Shown in pieces: positions 38,759 to 48,431 of a stretch of 64,000 nt of DNA (positions are counted from its first letter, which is position 1; each line of letters starts with the position of its first letter). The notes under the pieces are model-generated. The model did no database searches, was not told the origin of the DNA, and saw only the letters and a program-made list of their open reading frames with translations. The stretch is from Candidatus Uhrbacteria bacterium (GTDB lineage Bacteria; Patescibacteriota; Patescibacteriia; JACPHY01), in NCBI GenBank assembly GCA_016188355.1, contig JACPHY010000011.1, forward strand, positions 23,219-87,218. Reading direction: 5' to 3'. The position numbers and the translations under genes were made by a program.

Positions 38759-39037
38759 TTAGACGCGGAGGGCGTCCTTGAGGGTCTTGCCTGCCTTGAA
38801 CTTGGGGACGCGGACGGAGGGGATCTGGATTTTCTCGGTCGGGTTGCGGGGGTTCACACCCATGCGGCCCTTGCGCTCGCGGGACTCGAAGGTGCCGAAT
38901 CCGGTGATCGTCACCTCGCCGCCGGACTTCAGGACGGAGATGATCGTATCAAAAATGAGATTGACGGTGTCCTCGCCCTGCTTCTTCGAAAGTCCGATCT
39001 TCGAAGCAACGATGTCGACCAGCTCGGCCTTGTTCAT
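38759..39037 (-). CDS. hup: HU-family DNA-binding protein
   Basis: MNKAELV, GFGTF, GVNPRNP, PKFKAGKTLKD. Confidence 0.96.
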   Translation of the reverse strand: MNKAELVDIVASKIGLSKKQGEDTVNLIFDTIISVLKSGGEVTITGFGTFESRERKGRMGVNPRNPTEKIQIPSVRVPKFKAGKTLKDALRV

Positions 39038-39122
39038 ACAATGACGAATCAATGGCGGGTATTGCATGGACGATCAGAAATTCGACCATGTAATACTTCC
39101 ATCATTCGTGCACAATTAATTG

Positions 39123-39911
39123 CTAGGAAATAGTGACCTCTCGATGCAGACGTTCCACTGCGACGGCGCGATGTGCGAGCGGATCCACATCCACGAGCAT
39201 CGCATGTACCCATGCCGGACCCGTTTCCGGCCACACGTACCGTTGTGGTATGGCGGTCACGAATTGCGGAATGGAGGTGGCGGGATCCACGCCGATCACC
39301 GAGTCGCGCGCGCCGGTCATGCCTACGTCTGTCACGAACGCGGTGCCCTGTGGCAGGATGCGGGCATCAGCCGTCGGAATGTGCGTGTGGGTGCCGTAGA
39401 TGATCGTCGCGCGACCATCCGCGTACCAACCGAATGCATTTCGTTCGGAAGATGCTTCTCCGTGAAAATCCACAATCACCACGTCCGCGGGATGCTCCGT
39501 CACGATCGAGTCGAAGGTGCGGAACGGATTATCCACGAGGTCCTTCATGAATACCCTCCCGAGCAAATTTACCACAAGCACTGTTTTCCCGTCAACGGAC
39601 AGTGTTTTCCACCCCACTCCCGGAGCACCTGGCGGATAGTTGGCGGGGCGGATGATTCGGGCATCGGGTCGGCGCATGAGTTCGATGCCCTCGGGCTTGT
39701 CCCAGACGTGATTGCCGCCCGTGAGCAGCGTCACACCCGCGTCGAGCACATCGGCGAGTGTCTTCTCGGTCATGCCGAGGCCGTGCGCGAGGTTTTCGCC
39801 ATTCGCAAGCACCACGTCTGGCTGGTATTGCTGGCGCAGTTCCGGCAGCACGCGCGCGAGTGCTTGTCGACCAATTTTTCCAACGACATCACCGAAGATG
39901 AGGAAGCGCAC
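39123..39911 (-). CDS. ymdB: YmdB-family metallophosphoesterase
   Basis: GDVVG, NGEN, GNHVWD, RPANYP, DFHGEASSE, GTHTH, TDVGMTG; downstream of rny. Confidence 0.92.
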   Translation of the reverse strand: MRFLIFGDVVGKIGRQALARVLPELRQQYQPDVVLANGENLAHGLGMTEKTLADVLDAGVTLLTGGNHVWDKPEGIELMRRPDARIIRPANYPPGAPGVGWKTLSVDGKTVLVVNLLGRVFMKDLVDNPFRTFDSIVTEHPADVVIVDFHGEASSERNAFGWYADGRATIIYGTHTHIPTADARILPQGTAFVTDVGMTGARDSVIGVDPATSIPQFVTAIPQRYVWPETGPAWVHAMLVDVDPLAHRAVAVERLHREVTIS

Positions 39912-39929
39912 AGGAGGAAGAGGGAAGAA

Positions 39930-41459
39930 TCATCGGGCGTATTCGATGGCGCGGGTCTCCCGGATGGCGGTGACTTTGATTTCTCCGGGGTAGGTGAGTT
40001 CCTGTTCGATTTTTTTCGCAATCTCCTTGGCGGTGCGATACATCGTGAGATCGTCCATCTTTTGCGGGGAGAAGAAGACACGCACCTCGCGCCCGGCCTG
40101 GATGGCGTACGCTTTGTCCACGCCCTCGAAGGAGACGGCGACCCGTTCGAGTTCCTCCAGGCGTTTGAGGTAATCCTCGTAGCTATCTTTTCGTGCACCG
40201 GGCCGTGCGCCCGAGATGGCGTCAGCGGCCTTCACGATGCATCCGACCACCGTCGTCGGCTTATCCTCATGATGGGCGATGGGAGCGTAGCACACCTCCT
40301 CGGACATCCCGAATTTTTTGAGGATATTGTAACCGATCTCGATGTGCGTTCCCGGAATATCGTGATCTACGGATTTTCCGATGTCGTGGAAGAGTCCGCC
40401 GCGTTTCGCGTCGGCGACATTTTGACCGAGTTCCACGGCCATGAGGCCGGCCAGGTTGGCTACCTCGATCGAGTGGAGGAGTACGTTCTGCCCGTAGCTC
40501 GTGCGGTACTTCAGGCGGCCGAGTACCTGGACGAGTTTCGGATCGATGCCCGTGATGCCGAGTTGGAAGAGCGCGTCTTCGCCCGCCTTCCGGACATCCG
40601 TTGCAAGTTCCTTCTTCGCATTTTCTACTGCTTCCTCGACACGTCCCGGATGGATGCGGCCATCCTGAATGAGGTCCTCAATGGCGCGTTTCGCTACTTG
40701 CCGGCGAATCGGAGAGAATCCCGAGATCGTGATCGTCATCGGCGTTTCGTCCACGATGATTTCGCAGCCGGTCAGTTGCTCGATCGCCTTGATGTTGCGT
40801 CCCTCCTTGCCGATGATGCGTCCCTTCATGTCATCAGAGGGGAGGGTCACGCTCGATGTGGTCGTTTCGACCGAATGGGAAGAGGCGAGTCGTTGGATGG
40901 CGGTCGAGAGAATCGTTCGCGCCTTTCGTTCGATTTCCTCCGCATTTTCCTGCTCGAGTTTTCGGAGGCGCGCCGTGAGTGAGTCACGAGTGTCTTCGGC
41001 CACGCGTGCGAGGAGTCGCTCCTGTGCGGCGTCTCGCGGGAGCTGTGCGATTTCTTCGAGCTTCTTGATCTCGGCGTCACGGAGGGACTCGATGGCGCGT
41101 TTCGCTTCCTCTAATTTCGTGCGTTGTTCCTCCACGCGAGATTGCTGCTCTTGCAATTCGATCAGTTTCTGATCGAACAGTGTTTCTCGTTTTTCGAGTC
41201 GTTGCTGCATCGCGGAGAGTTCGCGGCGGCGCTCGGTTTCCTCGCGCTTCGCGTCATCCACGATTTTGAGTCCTTTTTCCTTTGCCTTGAGGAGGAAGTC
41301 ATGCTCCCGACGCTTTGCGTCTTGGAGAATTTCTTCGGCGCGACGCTCCGCCGCAGATACGCGCCGCGCAGCCATCAGGTGGCGATACGCGTACCCCATC
41401 GCGGCGCCGCTCACTAAAATGGCGGCACCACCAATCACAATCATCAATACCTCGGGCAT
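39930..41459 (-). CDS. rny: Ribonuclease Y
   Basis: TM helix, coiled coil, KH domain (MKGRIIGKEGRNI), HD domain (HDIGK), DAISGARPGAR. Confidence 0.97.
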   Translation of the reverse strand: MPEVLMIVIGGAAILVSGAAMGYAYRHLMAARRVSAAERRAEEILQDAKRREHDFLLKAKEKGLKIVDDAKREETERRRELSAMQQRLEKRETLFDQKLIELQEQQSRVEEQRTKLEEAKRAIESLRDAEIKKLEEIAQLPRDAAQERLLARVAEDTRDSLTARLRKLEQENAEEIERKARTILSTAIQRLASSHSVETTTSSVTLPSDDMKGRIIGKEGRNIKAIEQLTGCEIIVDETPMTITISGFSPIRRQVAKRAIEDLIQDGRIHPGRVEEAVENAKKELATDVRKAGEDALFQLGITGIDPKLVQVLGRLKYRTSYGQNVLLHSIEVANLAGLMAVELGQNVADAKRGGLFHDIGKSVDHDIPGTHIEIGYNILKKFGMSEEVCYAPIAHHEDKPTTVVGCIVKAADAISGARPGARKDSYEDYLKRLEELERVAVSFEGVDKAYAIQAGREVRVFFSPQKMDDLTMYRTAKEIAKKIEQELTYPGEIKVTAIRETRAIEYAR

Positions 41460-41465
41460 ACAATG

Positions 41466-41666
41466 CCCACGAGGCTCCGGACGAGGCGTCTCCAGTCCCG
41501 AATGATGTACGAGATCACGCGTCCTCACCGATGAGTGAGGGAATCGATAACGGTACAAGCTCCACCGGAGCGATATCCGGTGAGCGCAGAGCGATCAGCA
41601 CTTCGAGTACGTGCGCGTGCAACATGCGATAGGTCTTCTTGGACGACGCGTTGGAGTGTTCGTGGG
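41466..41666 (-). ncRNA. Candidate rod-shaped ncRNA (6S-like) or rny leader
   Basis: Ends pair in register (CCCACGA/TCGTGGG, CTCC/GGAG, GCGTC/GACGC, TCCA/TGGA); about 200 nt; promoter upstream. Confidence 0.45.
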
Positions 41667-41706
41667 ATCCATTAACAGAGGAGGGCAGAGAGGCCCTTCG
41701 CATCGA

Positions 41707-41735
41707 AGCGTAGCATGCAGATATTGGCGGGACAA
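41707..41735 (-). promoter_or_regulatory. Sigma70-type promoter
   Basis: TTGTCC-17 bp-TACGCT with extended TG on the minus strand. Confidence 0.4.
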
Positions 41736-41892
41736 GAACAGGGGAACGGCGCAACTGAGCCGTTGCGGCAGTATCTCGGGTGCGTGGTTGACGGGCAAGG
41801 AAAACGGAATACGACCGAAATTTCGTATGTCATCGCTTGACTGAGCGGAAACATCGCGGGTACCGTGGAGAGTATTACCGACGCTCGCTGCT

Positions 41893-43911
41893 ATGAACGT
41901 TTCCGAACTCGCACGCCGTATCAATCTCCCCCCGCAGGAGCTCTATGAGCTCCTGCCGCAGTTTGGTTTTGATATTGGTCGCCGTGCGATCAAAATTGAC
42001 GATCAACTTGCGCAGCGATTTTTGAAGCAGTGGCCGCGCATTCGGCGGGAGTACCAACGCCGGAAGGAAAAGGAGCGCGATGAGGAAGAGCGGAAGCAGC
42101 GGCGACGTGCAGTGGCGGAGGGAACCGCGCGGGAGGTGACACTTCCCGCCATCATCAATGTTCGGGATTTTGCGGCGTTGCTCCACATGCCGGTATCGGA
42201 GGTGCTGCAGGAGCTGCTGCGGAACGGAATCCTCGCGAACATGAATGAGCCGATCGACTACGCGACCGCCGCAATTATTGCGGAGGATTTGGGGTTCCGT
42301 CCCTCCGCGAGCGCAGCGGCTCCGGTAGAGGTGGAGCGGGAAGCGGCGAAGCCGACGCCCGCCACAGAGGCATCTGCTCCATCGGGAACAGCCGGCGCCC
42401 TACGTGCGCCAGTGGTGGTGGTGCTCGGGCACGTCGACCACGGGAAGACGTCGCTCCTCGATCGGATTCGTTCCGCGCGGGTGGCCGCTGGTGAGGCGGG
42501 GGGCATCACGCAGCATATCGGCGCATATCAAACGATGCAGCAGGGGAAGCCGATCACGTTCATCGATACTCCTGGACATGAAGCGTTCACGACCATGCGT
42601 TCGCGAGGCGCGCGGGTTGCCGACATTGGTATCCTCGTGGTTGCGGCGGATGACGGCGTGCAGCCGCAGACGAAGGAAGCGTTGAAGATCATTCAGGCAG
42701 CAAAGCTGCCGTTCGTGGTCGCCATGAATAAGATTGATAAATCGGATGCGAATCCGGAGCGTGTGCGGCAGGAACTTGGTGCGCTCGGTGTGCTTTCCGA
42801 GGAGTGGGGCGGGAAGACGCCATTTGTGCCTGTGTCGGCGAAAACGGGCGATGGGGTGGAGCGACTCTTGGAGATGATCCTGCTGGTTGCGGATGTGGAG
42901 CGCGAGCGGTTGCAGGCAGATCCGGAGGCACCTGTTGAGGCTGCCACCGTGGAGTCCCATCTCGATAAGCAGGAGGGTCCCGTGGCCACGCTGCTCGTGC
43001 AGAAAGGAACGTTGCGCGCCGGAGACGTCCTCGGTTTGGACGGCGCATTCGCGGGGAAGGTGCGCGCGATGCGCGATTATCGTGGCGAACTTCTCGATGC
43101 GGCGCCGCCGTCGACGCCGGTTCGTATTTTGGGATTCAAAGTGCTGCCCGAGGTGGGCGATATTGTGACGGTCGCAAAGCATCAGAGTGAGCTCACTGCA
43201 GCGAAGCGCAAAGTGGTGCGCGCGACGAGCGGGATGTCGACGCCGATCGTGGTGTCGTCGTCCACCACCACAGAGTCCGCCACGCCGCCGGCAGTGGTGT
43301 TGCCGATTGTGGTGCGCGCCGACATGCTTGGTTCGCTCGAAGCGGTGTGCAATGAGGTGGAGAAGATCGGTGGGTCGATTGCGCGCGTGCAAATCATTGG
43401 CCGCGGTCTCGGCAACATCACGGAAGCGGACATTGCACAGGCAGAAGCGGCAAAGGGACAAATTTTTGGATTCGGAGTGCACGCGCTCGATCCGATTCTG
43501 CGTCGCGCGCGAGAGGCGAACGTCCCGATCACGACGGAGAAAATTATTTACGAGATTCTCGCGAAGATTCGTTCCACGCTCGAAGCGATGCTGCCGGAAG
43601 AAATCATCCGCGAAGATTTGGGCGTCACGCAAATTCTCGCATTGTTCCGGAAGGAGCCACGTTGGCAAGTGGTGGGCTGCAAAGTGCTCGCGGGTAAAAT
43701 CATCCTTGCGAAGGGTGTGCGAGCGAAGTTGCTCCGCGGCGGCGAGGTCATCGCGGAGGGCCGCCTCCTGGGACTTCAGGCAGGAAAGGAAGAGATACGA
43801 GAAGTGGTGGTGGGCCAAGAGTGCGGCATGAAGATTGGCGGCATCGAAGGGATGGAGGTAGGTGATCAGATCCAATTCGTCCGCGAGGAGAAGCGGAAAC
43901 AGAAATTGTAG
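41893..43911 (+). CDS. infB: Translation initiation factor IF-2
   Basis: [40 protein letters not shown]. Confidence 0.98.
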   Translation: MNVSELARRINLPPQELYELLPQFGFDIGRRAIKIDDQLAQRFLKQWPRIRREYQRRKEKERDEEERKQRRRAVAEGTAREVTLPAIINVRDFAALLHMPVSEVLQELLRNGILANMNEPIDYATAAIIAEDLGFRPSASAAAPVEVEREAAKPTPATEASAPSGTAGALRAPVVVVLGHVDHGKTSLLDRIRSARVAAGEAGGITQHIGAYQTMQQGKPITFIDTPGHEAFTTMRSRGARVADIGILVVAADDGVQPQTKEALKIIQAAKLPFVVAMNKIDKSDANPERVRQELGALGVLSEEWGGKTPFVPVSAKTGDGVERLLEMILLVADVERERLQADPEAPVEAATVESHLDKQEGPVATLLVQKGTLRAGDVLGLDGAFAGKVRAMRDYRGELLDAAPPSTPVRILGFKVLPEVGDIVTVAKHQSELTAAKRKVVRATSGMSTPIVVSSSTTTESATPPAVVLPIVVRADMLGSLEAVCNEVEKIGGSIARVQIIGRGLGNITEADIAQAEAAKGQIFGFGVHALDPILRRAREANVPITTEKIIYEILAKIRSTLEAMLPEEIIREDLGVTQILALFRKEPRWQVVGCKVLAGKIILAKGVRAKLLRGGEVIAEGRLLGLQAGKEEIREVVVGQECGMKIGGIEGMEVGDQIQFVREEKRKQKL

Positions 43912-43939
43912 GAATCAGCCGAGAGTGACGCGCAAGTGT

Positions 43940-43977
43940 ACACCACCGGAGTCGCCCTGCGACTCCGGTGGTGTGTT
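43940..43977 (+). terminator. Terminator-like hairpin after infB
   Basis: ACACCACCGGAGTCGC-CCT-GCGACTCCGGTGGTGT. Confidence 0.6.
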
Positions 43978-44041
43978 GACGAGGTTTTGGACAAACAGGA
44001 TCGGGTCGCGTGCGGAGCTTTGGTATACCGGAGGTGGTGGG

Positions 44042-44070
44042 TTGACGAGGCCGGCGGAAGCGGGTACGGT
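44042..44070 (+). promoter_or_regulatory. Sigma70-type promoter for the accessory locus
   Basis: TTGACG-17 bp-TACGGT. Confidence 0.45.
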
Positions 44071-44190
44071 CAGCGCAGTAGTGCACATTCACAACACATG
44101 GGAACCAGGTCGAAATCGGCGCGAACGACGACACGGCGACGGACCACCCGGAAAAAGGGTGTATCTGCGCGAGAACAGAGGAGGAAGGCA

Positions 44191-45240
44191 GTGACGAGCG
44201 ATCCTGTGACGAGCGCGGTCGCTTTGGATCACTACGCTGCGCTCGAGGTGCATCCCCGTGCGCGGCATAGCGTGATTCGGGCTGCGTATCGCGTCCTGGC
44301 AAAAGAGTATGCTCCGGATAATGCGAGCACCGGGAATGCTGATGCGTTTCGGCGCATCACTGCAGCACATGACGTGCTCGCCGATGCGGATCGGCGCGCC
44401 GTGTATGATGGCGATCGCGGGAAACTCGAGGGCAAGATCGTGGGTGAGCGGTGGCGTGTGCTTTCCCGAATTGCCGAGGGCGCAATCGGGAAGACGTACA
44501 AGGGTGAGCATGTGCTCACCCGGAAGCCGATCTGCATCAAGTTCTGCGCGGAACTCGACCCGCAGTTTGGCGAGATCATGCTCCACGAGGCCGAGGTGAT
44601 GTGGGATTTGCACCACTACGCATTGCCGGCAATTCGTGACGTATTCCTGCACGAGGAGATCGTGACGCTCGTCATGAGCTACGCACCGGGACTCACGATC
44701 GCGCAGCAAGTGGAGCGGTACGGGCGTCTCCCCGCGATTCATGTGGCGTGGATTACGGACCGCATCCTGAATGCGCTCGTCTATCTCCATGATGAAGAGG
44801 TGGTGCATGGCGACCTCAAGCCGCAGAACGTGATCCTGAGTAAACCGAAGAAGCATGTGCTCACCCTCGTCGATTTCGGCCTCGCCATGGCAAAGCCGAG
44901 ACGGGATTCCGAGAATCTCGGATACACGGATTACTTCTCGGCACCAGAACAGGTGGCGATGCGGGGGCCATTGGTACCGGCATCGGATTTCTATGCGCTC
45001 GGCATGACCATGCTCTACATGCTCGGCGGTGAACGGGGGCTGCTCGCGAAGCAGGTACCCGAGGAAACGCCGGATCCGATGAGCAGGTTCATTCAGAAGA
45101 TCATTGTTCGTGATCCACTGGCTAGGCGTTTCCGCACGCAGGAATTGTGCGATGAGTTTCAGGACGTCCGTGTGCGTTCCTTCGGGAAGCCGCGCACGAG
45201 TCTGGAGCCACTCCCCGGCGCAGAGCGCGCGGGGACTTGA
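44191..45240 (+). CDS. J-domain (HPD changed to APD) fused to a Hanks-type Ser/Thr kinase
   Basis: DHYAALEV...IRAAYR.LAKEYAPD...AFRRI..AHDVLAD..RRAVYD; EGAIG, ICIK, HGDLKPQN, DFG, APE, SDFYALG; GAGGAGG RBS before GTG (alternative ATG at 44098). Confidence 0.88.
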   Translation: MTSDPVTSAVALDHYAALEVHPRARHSVIRAAYRVLAKEYAPDNASTGNADAFRRITAAHDVLADADRRAVYDGDRGKLEGKIVGERWRVLSRIAEGAIGKTYKGEHVLTRKPICIKFCAELDPQFGEIMLHEAEVMWDLHHYALPAIRDVFLHEEIVTLVMSYAPGLTIAQQVERYGRLPAIHVAWITDRILNALVYLHDEEVVHGDLKPQNVILSKPKKHVLTLVDFGLAMAKPRRDSENLGYTDYFSAPEQVAMRGPLVPASDFYALGMTMLYMLGGERGLLAKQVPEETPDPMSRFIQKIIVRDPLARRFRTQELCDEFQDVRVRSFGKPRTSLEPLPGAERAGT

Positions 45241-45252
45241 AAGGAGTGTGCC

Positions 45253-46317
45253 ATGTCCGAATCCGGTGATTATCAGCAATCCTCGTACTGGTCGGGACAC
45301 GATTTCGGTGATGCCTATGCGCGATACGATCAGCACGCCGGGCGGAGCTACGCGCAGGCGCAGTCCGCGGGGGTGACGATTCAGGATCTCGTGCCGAAGC
45401 GGATCAGCACGCAGAGCACGCGACCACTGCTCATTCGCATCGACCATACCGGATCCATGCACGAAGCGCCGAAGAAGATCTTCGAGAAGCTGCCGTACCT
45501 CTCCCATGAGGCGCGCCAGTACCTCGGGGACGACACGGAGCTCAGCGTGGGTGCGATCGGAGATATGAGTAATGGTCAGGTGGCGGGCGAGGGCGATCGG
45601 TATCCGCTGCAGATTCGCGACTTCGCCCAGCTCTCCGTTCCGCAGGCAGGAGCAAAAACGAAGAGGAAAACGGCGCAATGGGAGGATCCCGAGATTGCGA
45701 AGCGCCTCCTCGAGCTGGTTATCGAGGGTGGCGGTGGTGGGCAGATGCATGAGAACTATGAGTTCGCCATGTTGTACGATGCGCGGAATGTGGACATGCC
45801 TCGTGCCATCACTCCGGTCGCCATCTACATTGGCGACGAGATGCCGTATGAGGTGCTCGCACCGGAGTACGCGGAGCATTACGGTCACCTCGCGCTCGAG
45901 AGGTCCATGACCATTCAGGAAGTGGTGGCGGAACTTCAGCAGAAGTACTCGGTGTACTTCATCCAGCTGCCATACAGCGGGCACGTAGATGGCGATCAGA
46001 TGACCGCAGACACGAAGACGGTGCATCGGACATGGGCGAATCTCCTCGGTGAGGATCAGGTGAAGTACCTGCCCGACCCCGCGCGTGTCGTCGATCTCAT
46101 TTTCGGCATCCTCGCGCAGGAGACCGGGCGAGACGCGTACTTCCGTCAGGAGATCGAAGCGCGTCAGACGCCGGCTCAGGTGCGGACGGTGTACAAGGCG
46201 CTCGGAACGACGCACAAGTTGCCGAGCGGCAAGGAGCCGAGGGGGCTGCGATCCGGCAAGTCGACGCTCCATCGACCGTCCTCCGGGAAGAAGACGAAGG
46301 GTCTCCTCGATGACTGA
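45253..46317 (+). CDS. vWA-like (MIDAS) domain protein
   Basis: IDHTGSM, GAIGD, EGGGGGQ..E.YE, YIGDE; AAGGAG RBS. Confidence 0.75.
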   Translation: MSESGDYQQSSYWSGHDFGDAYARYDQHAGRSYAQAQSAGVTIQDLVPKRISTQSTRPLLIRIDHTGSMHEAPKKIFEKLPYLSHEARQYLGDDTELSVGAIGDMSNGQVAGEGDRYPLQIRDFAQLSVPQAGAKTKRKTAQWEDPEIAKRLLELVIEGGGGGQMHENYEFAMLYDARNVDMPRAITPVAIYIGDEMPYEVLAPEYAEHYGHLALERSMTIQEVVAELQQKYSVYFIQLPYSGHVDGDQMTADTKTVHRTWANLLGEDQVKYLPDPARVVDLIFGILAQETGRDAYFRQEIEARQTPAQVRTVYKALGTTHKLPSGKEPRGLRSGKSTLHRPSSGKKTKGLLDD

Positions 46318-47512
46318 TGCGCGCCCGCTCGATCTCCTCGTGACGCTCTGGCCGAGTTTCCCACACTTCGCGCAGTTCGCCGATGACCCGCGGCTCGCGG
46401 GCATTCGACTGAACAGTGCGATGGTGTCGAATGCGGAAATCGAGCAGGAGCTTGGGATTGCGGCGGCGCATCGGGGATCGGTTCCGCTCTTCTTCGACGT
46501 GAAGGGGCGACAGCTCCGCATAGTCGAGGTCGATGCGCAGCCGGATCATCTCGAGTGCGTGCTCAATCATCCGATTGCGGTACAGACGCCGACGTCCGTG
46601 CTGTTCAAGGGCGGTGAGGATTCCGCTCGGCTCGATCGGTTGGCGGATGGGGGGCGGCGCCTCATCTTTCATCGCGGACCGCGCTTCGCGGTGCGGCCGG
46701 GCGAATCGCTCCACATCCGTCATCCCTCGCTCCGCGTGTCCGGGAACCTCTTCACGGAGCAGGAGCTCCAGAAGATTGCGACCGTACGCGGAGCAGGATT
46801 CACGCGGTACTTCCTCTCGTACGTCGAGTCCGCGCGCGATGTGGATGAATTCCGGGAGCTGGTGGGTCGAGATGCGGAAGTTTGGTTGAAGATCGAGAAT
46901 CCGAAGGGCCTTCAGTATGTCGCCACGGAGTTCCGCAAGGAACCGAACCTCGTGCTCGTCGCCGCGTGTGGTGATCTCTACGTCGAGATGGAACGGCCGC
47001 ATGCAATCCTCGGCGCATTGCGGATGATCGTGGAGCATGATCCCGAGGCATGTGTGGGGTCGCGGATGTTGCTCTCGGTCGTGCAGGAGCCGCTTCCGCC
47101 GATGCTGCGGAGCGCACTCCAGTACATCGCGGAGCGGCGTCCGGAAACGAGTGATCTCCACCGCATGCTCATGGCGGTCCTCCATCGGCCGGTGCCCTCG
47201 CTTGCCGATTTCGCGCAGCTCGCGTGGCTCTACGATATCGGATACCGGCGGATGATGCTCTGTGATGAGCTCTGTCTCAAGGGTGAGTTGCTCACGACCG
47301 CGGTGCATGCATTCGATGCGTTCCGTACGTCGTACGGTGCGCCGATCACGAAAGCGTCGCCGCTGATATCGAAGGGGCATTCGGCGGCGGGATCGACGAG
47401 TGCGCCTGCGGCGACCACTACGCCTCCGCGTCCCACAGTGTCGGCTCCCATCAAGGGTCCGCGTATTCTTTGGACGCCACTACGATCGCCACCGCGCGGT
47501 GGCCCAAAATGA
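46310..47512 (+). CDS. Divergent pyruvate-kinase-like barrel protein
   Basis: VTLWP, IRLNS, FDVKGRQLR, LSYVE, KIENPKG, AACGDLYVE, MLLS, MLCDE parallel the PK motifs; no C-terminal allosteric domain. Confidence 0.75.
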   Translation: MTDARPLDLLVTLWPSFPHFAQFADDPRLAGIRLNSAMVSNAEIEQELGIAAAHRGSVPLFFDVKGRQLRIVEVDAQPDHLECVLNHPIAVQTPTSVLFKGGEDSARLDRLADGGRRLIFHRGPRFAVRPGESLHIRHPSLRVSGNLFTEQELQKIATVRGAGFTRYFLSYVESARDVDEFRELVGRDAEVWLKIENPKGLQYVATEFRKEPNLVLVAACGDLYVEMERPHAILGALRMIVEHDPEACVGSRMLLSVVQEPLPPMLRSALQYIAERRPETSDLHRMLMAVLHRPVPSLADFAQLAWLYDIGYRRMMLCDELCLKGELLTTAVHAFDAFRTSYGAPITKASPLISKGHSAAGSTSAPAATTTPPRPTVSAPIKGPRILWTPLRSPPRGGPK

Positions 47513-47524
47513 CGTGATCATCGC

Positions 47525-47555
47525 ACCGGCAGGCCATGCGCCTGCCGGTTTTCTC
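47525..47555 (+). terminator. Intrinsic terminator
   Basis: ACCGGCAGGC-CATGC-GCCTGCCGGT-TTTCTC. Confidence 0.6.
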
Positions 47556-47658
47556 TATATTGCTTGACATATTGCGTGTGCGGTGAGAAAGTCCAGCTGG
47601 TTCCTTTCTTGCGAAATCGTGCACCGCGCGTCGGTGCAACGAGGAATGGAGGAGGTTC

Positions 47659-48207
47659 ATGTCGCGACATCTCCTTGCCTTGCGACAGGCGACGATCGGC
47701 GATGCGTCGGAGTCGATTGCTGCGGTACTCGATCAGCTGGCGCGGGAAGACCCGGTCGGCGCGCAATGGCTGCGGTCGCTCGACTGGGCGGAGCTGCGGA
47801 GACTTGCGGCAGAGCGCGCGCTTGCGCAGGCGGCAAAAACGCTTGCCTGTCCACTCCAAAAGCAATACGCGAATGCGTCGCAATACGGAACGGAATCGGG
47901 TGATCCGCCGAAGGGGACGTGCATTGGCGTGCTCGTTGGGGGAGATACGGGGTACGGATCCTCGGTCCAGCTCGGTGTAGCAATCGATGGCCAGGCGCTT
48001 TCCTTTTTTTGGAATGTCGCTTCTCAGGAAGCGGCATCGGGAACATTGGAGCGCATGCGGGAAACGGTGCGTCAGGCGTTCCGGGAACAGACGCGTATCC
48101 TCATGCTCGAACTCCTCTCGGAGGATGGCGAAGTCCAGCGCGAGCAGGACGCAGCAGGGCGCACGGTGCTCCGGGCGACGCTGGTGGTCGGTGGAGGTGC
48201 GCGATGA
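47659..48207 (+). CDS. DUF1257/Ycf35-like protein
   Basis: GGAGGAGG RBS; MSRH start, central beta hairpin, long helix, final E.D..GR.VLR strand resemble DUF1257; context agrees. Confidence 0.55.
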   Translation: MSRHLLALRQATIGDASESIAAVLDQLAREDPVGAQWLRSLDWAELRRLAAERALAQAAKTLACPLQKQYANASQYGTESGDPPKGTCIGVLVGGDTGYGSSVQLGVAIDGQALSFFWNVASQEAASGTLERMRETVRQAFREQTRILMLELLSEDGEVQREQDAAGRTVLRATLVVGGGAR

Positions 48208-48431
48208 CCACGAAGGGCACGATTACCATCATCGCGATACCGAAGAGTGCGGAGGTGGAGGTGCATATCGATCTCCCCGAGGTTCCGGAGTGCACGCGCA
48301 TCGCAGCACGGATGCAGGCCGTCCTCGCGTGTCTCGGTGCGCCGCTCGAGGACATTCAGGATCTTCCGGCGCCGCGACAGCGACAGGGCGTTTCCCATGC
48401 GATGCGGAAGCGCGTGCGAGGGGGCACATGA
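48204..48431 (+). CDS. DUF2997-like small protein
   Basis: ATGA overlap; two beta strands then C-helix-LG (ITIIAI...VEVHI...ECTRIAARMQAVLACLG). Confidence 0.55.
   Translation: MTTKGTITIIAIPKSAEVEVHIDLPEVPECTRIAARMQAVLACLGAPLEDIQDLPAPRQRQGVSHAMRKRVRGGT

Noticed and set aside
46310-47512. Calling this gene pyk
   Set aside because: Key motifs are altered, the C-terminal domain is absent and the context is non-glycolytic.
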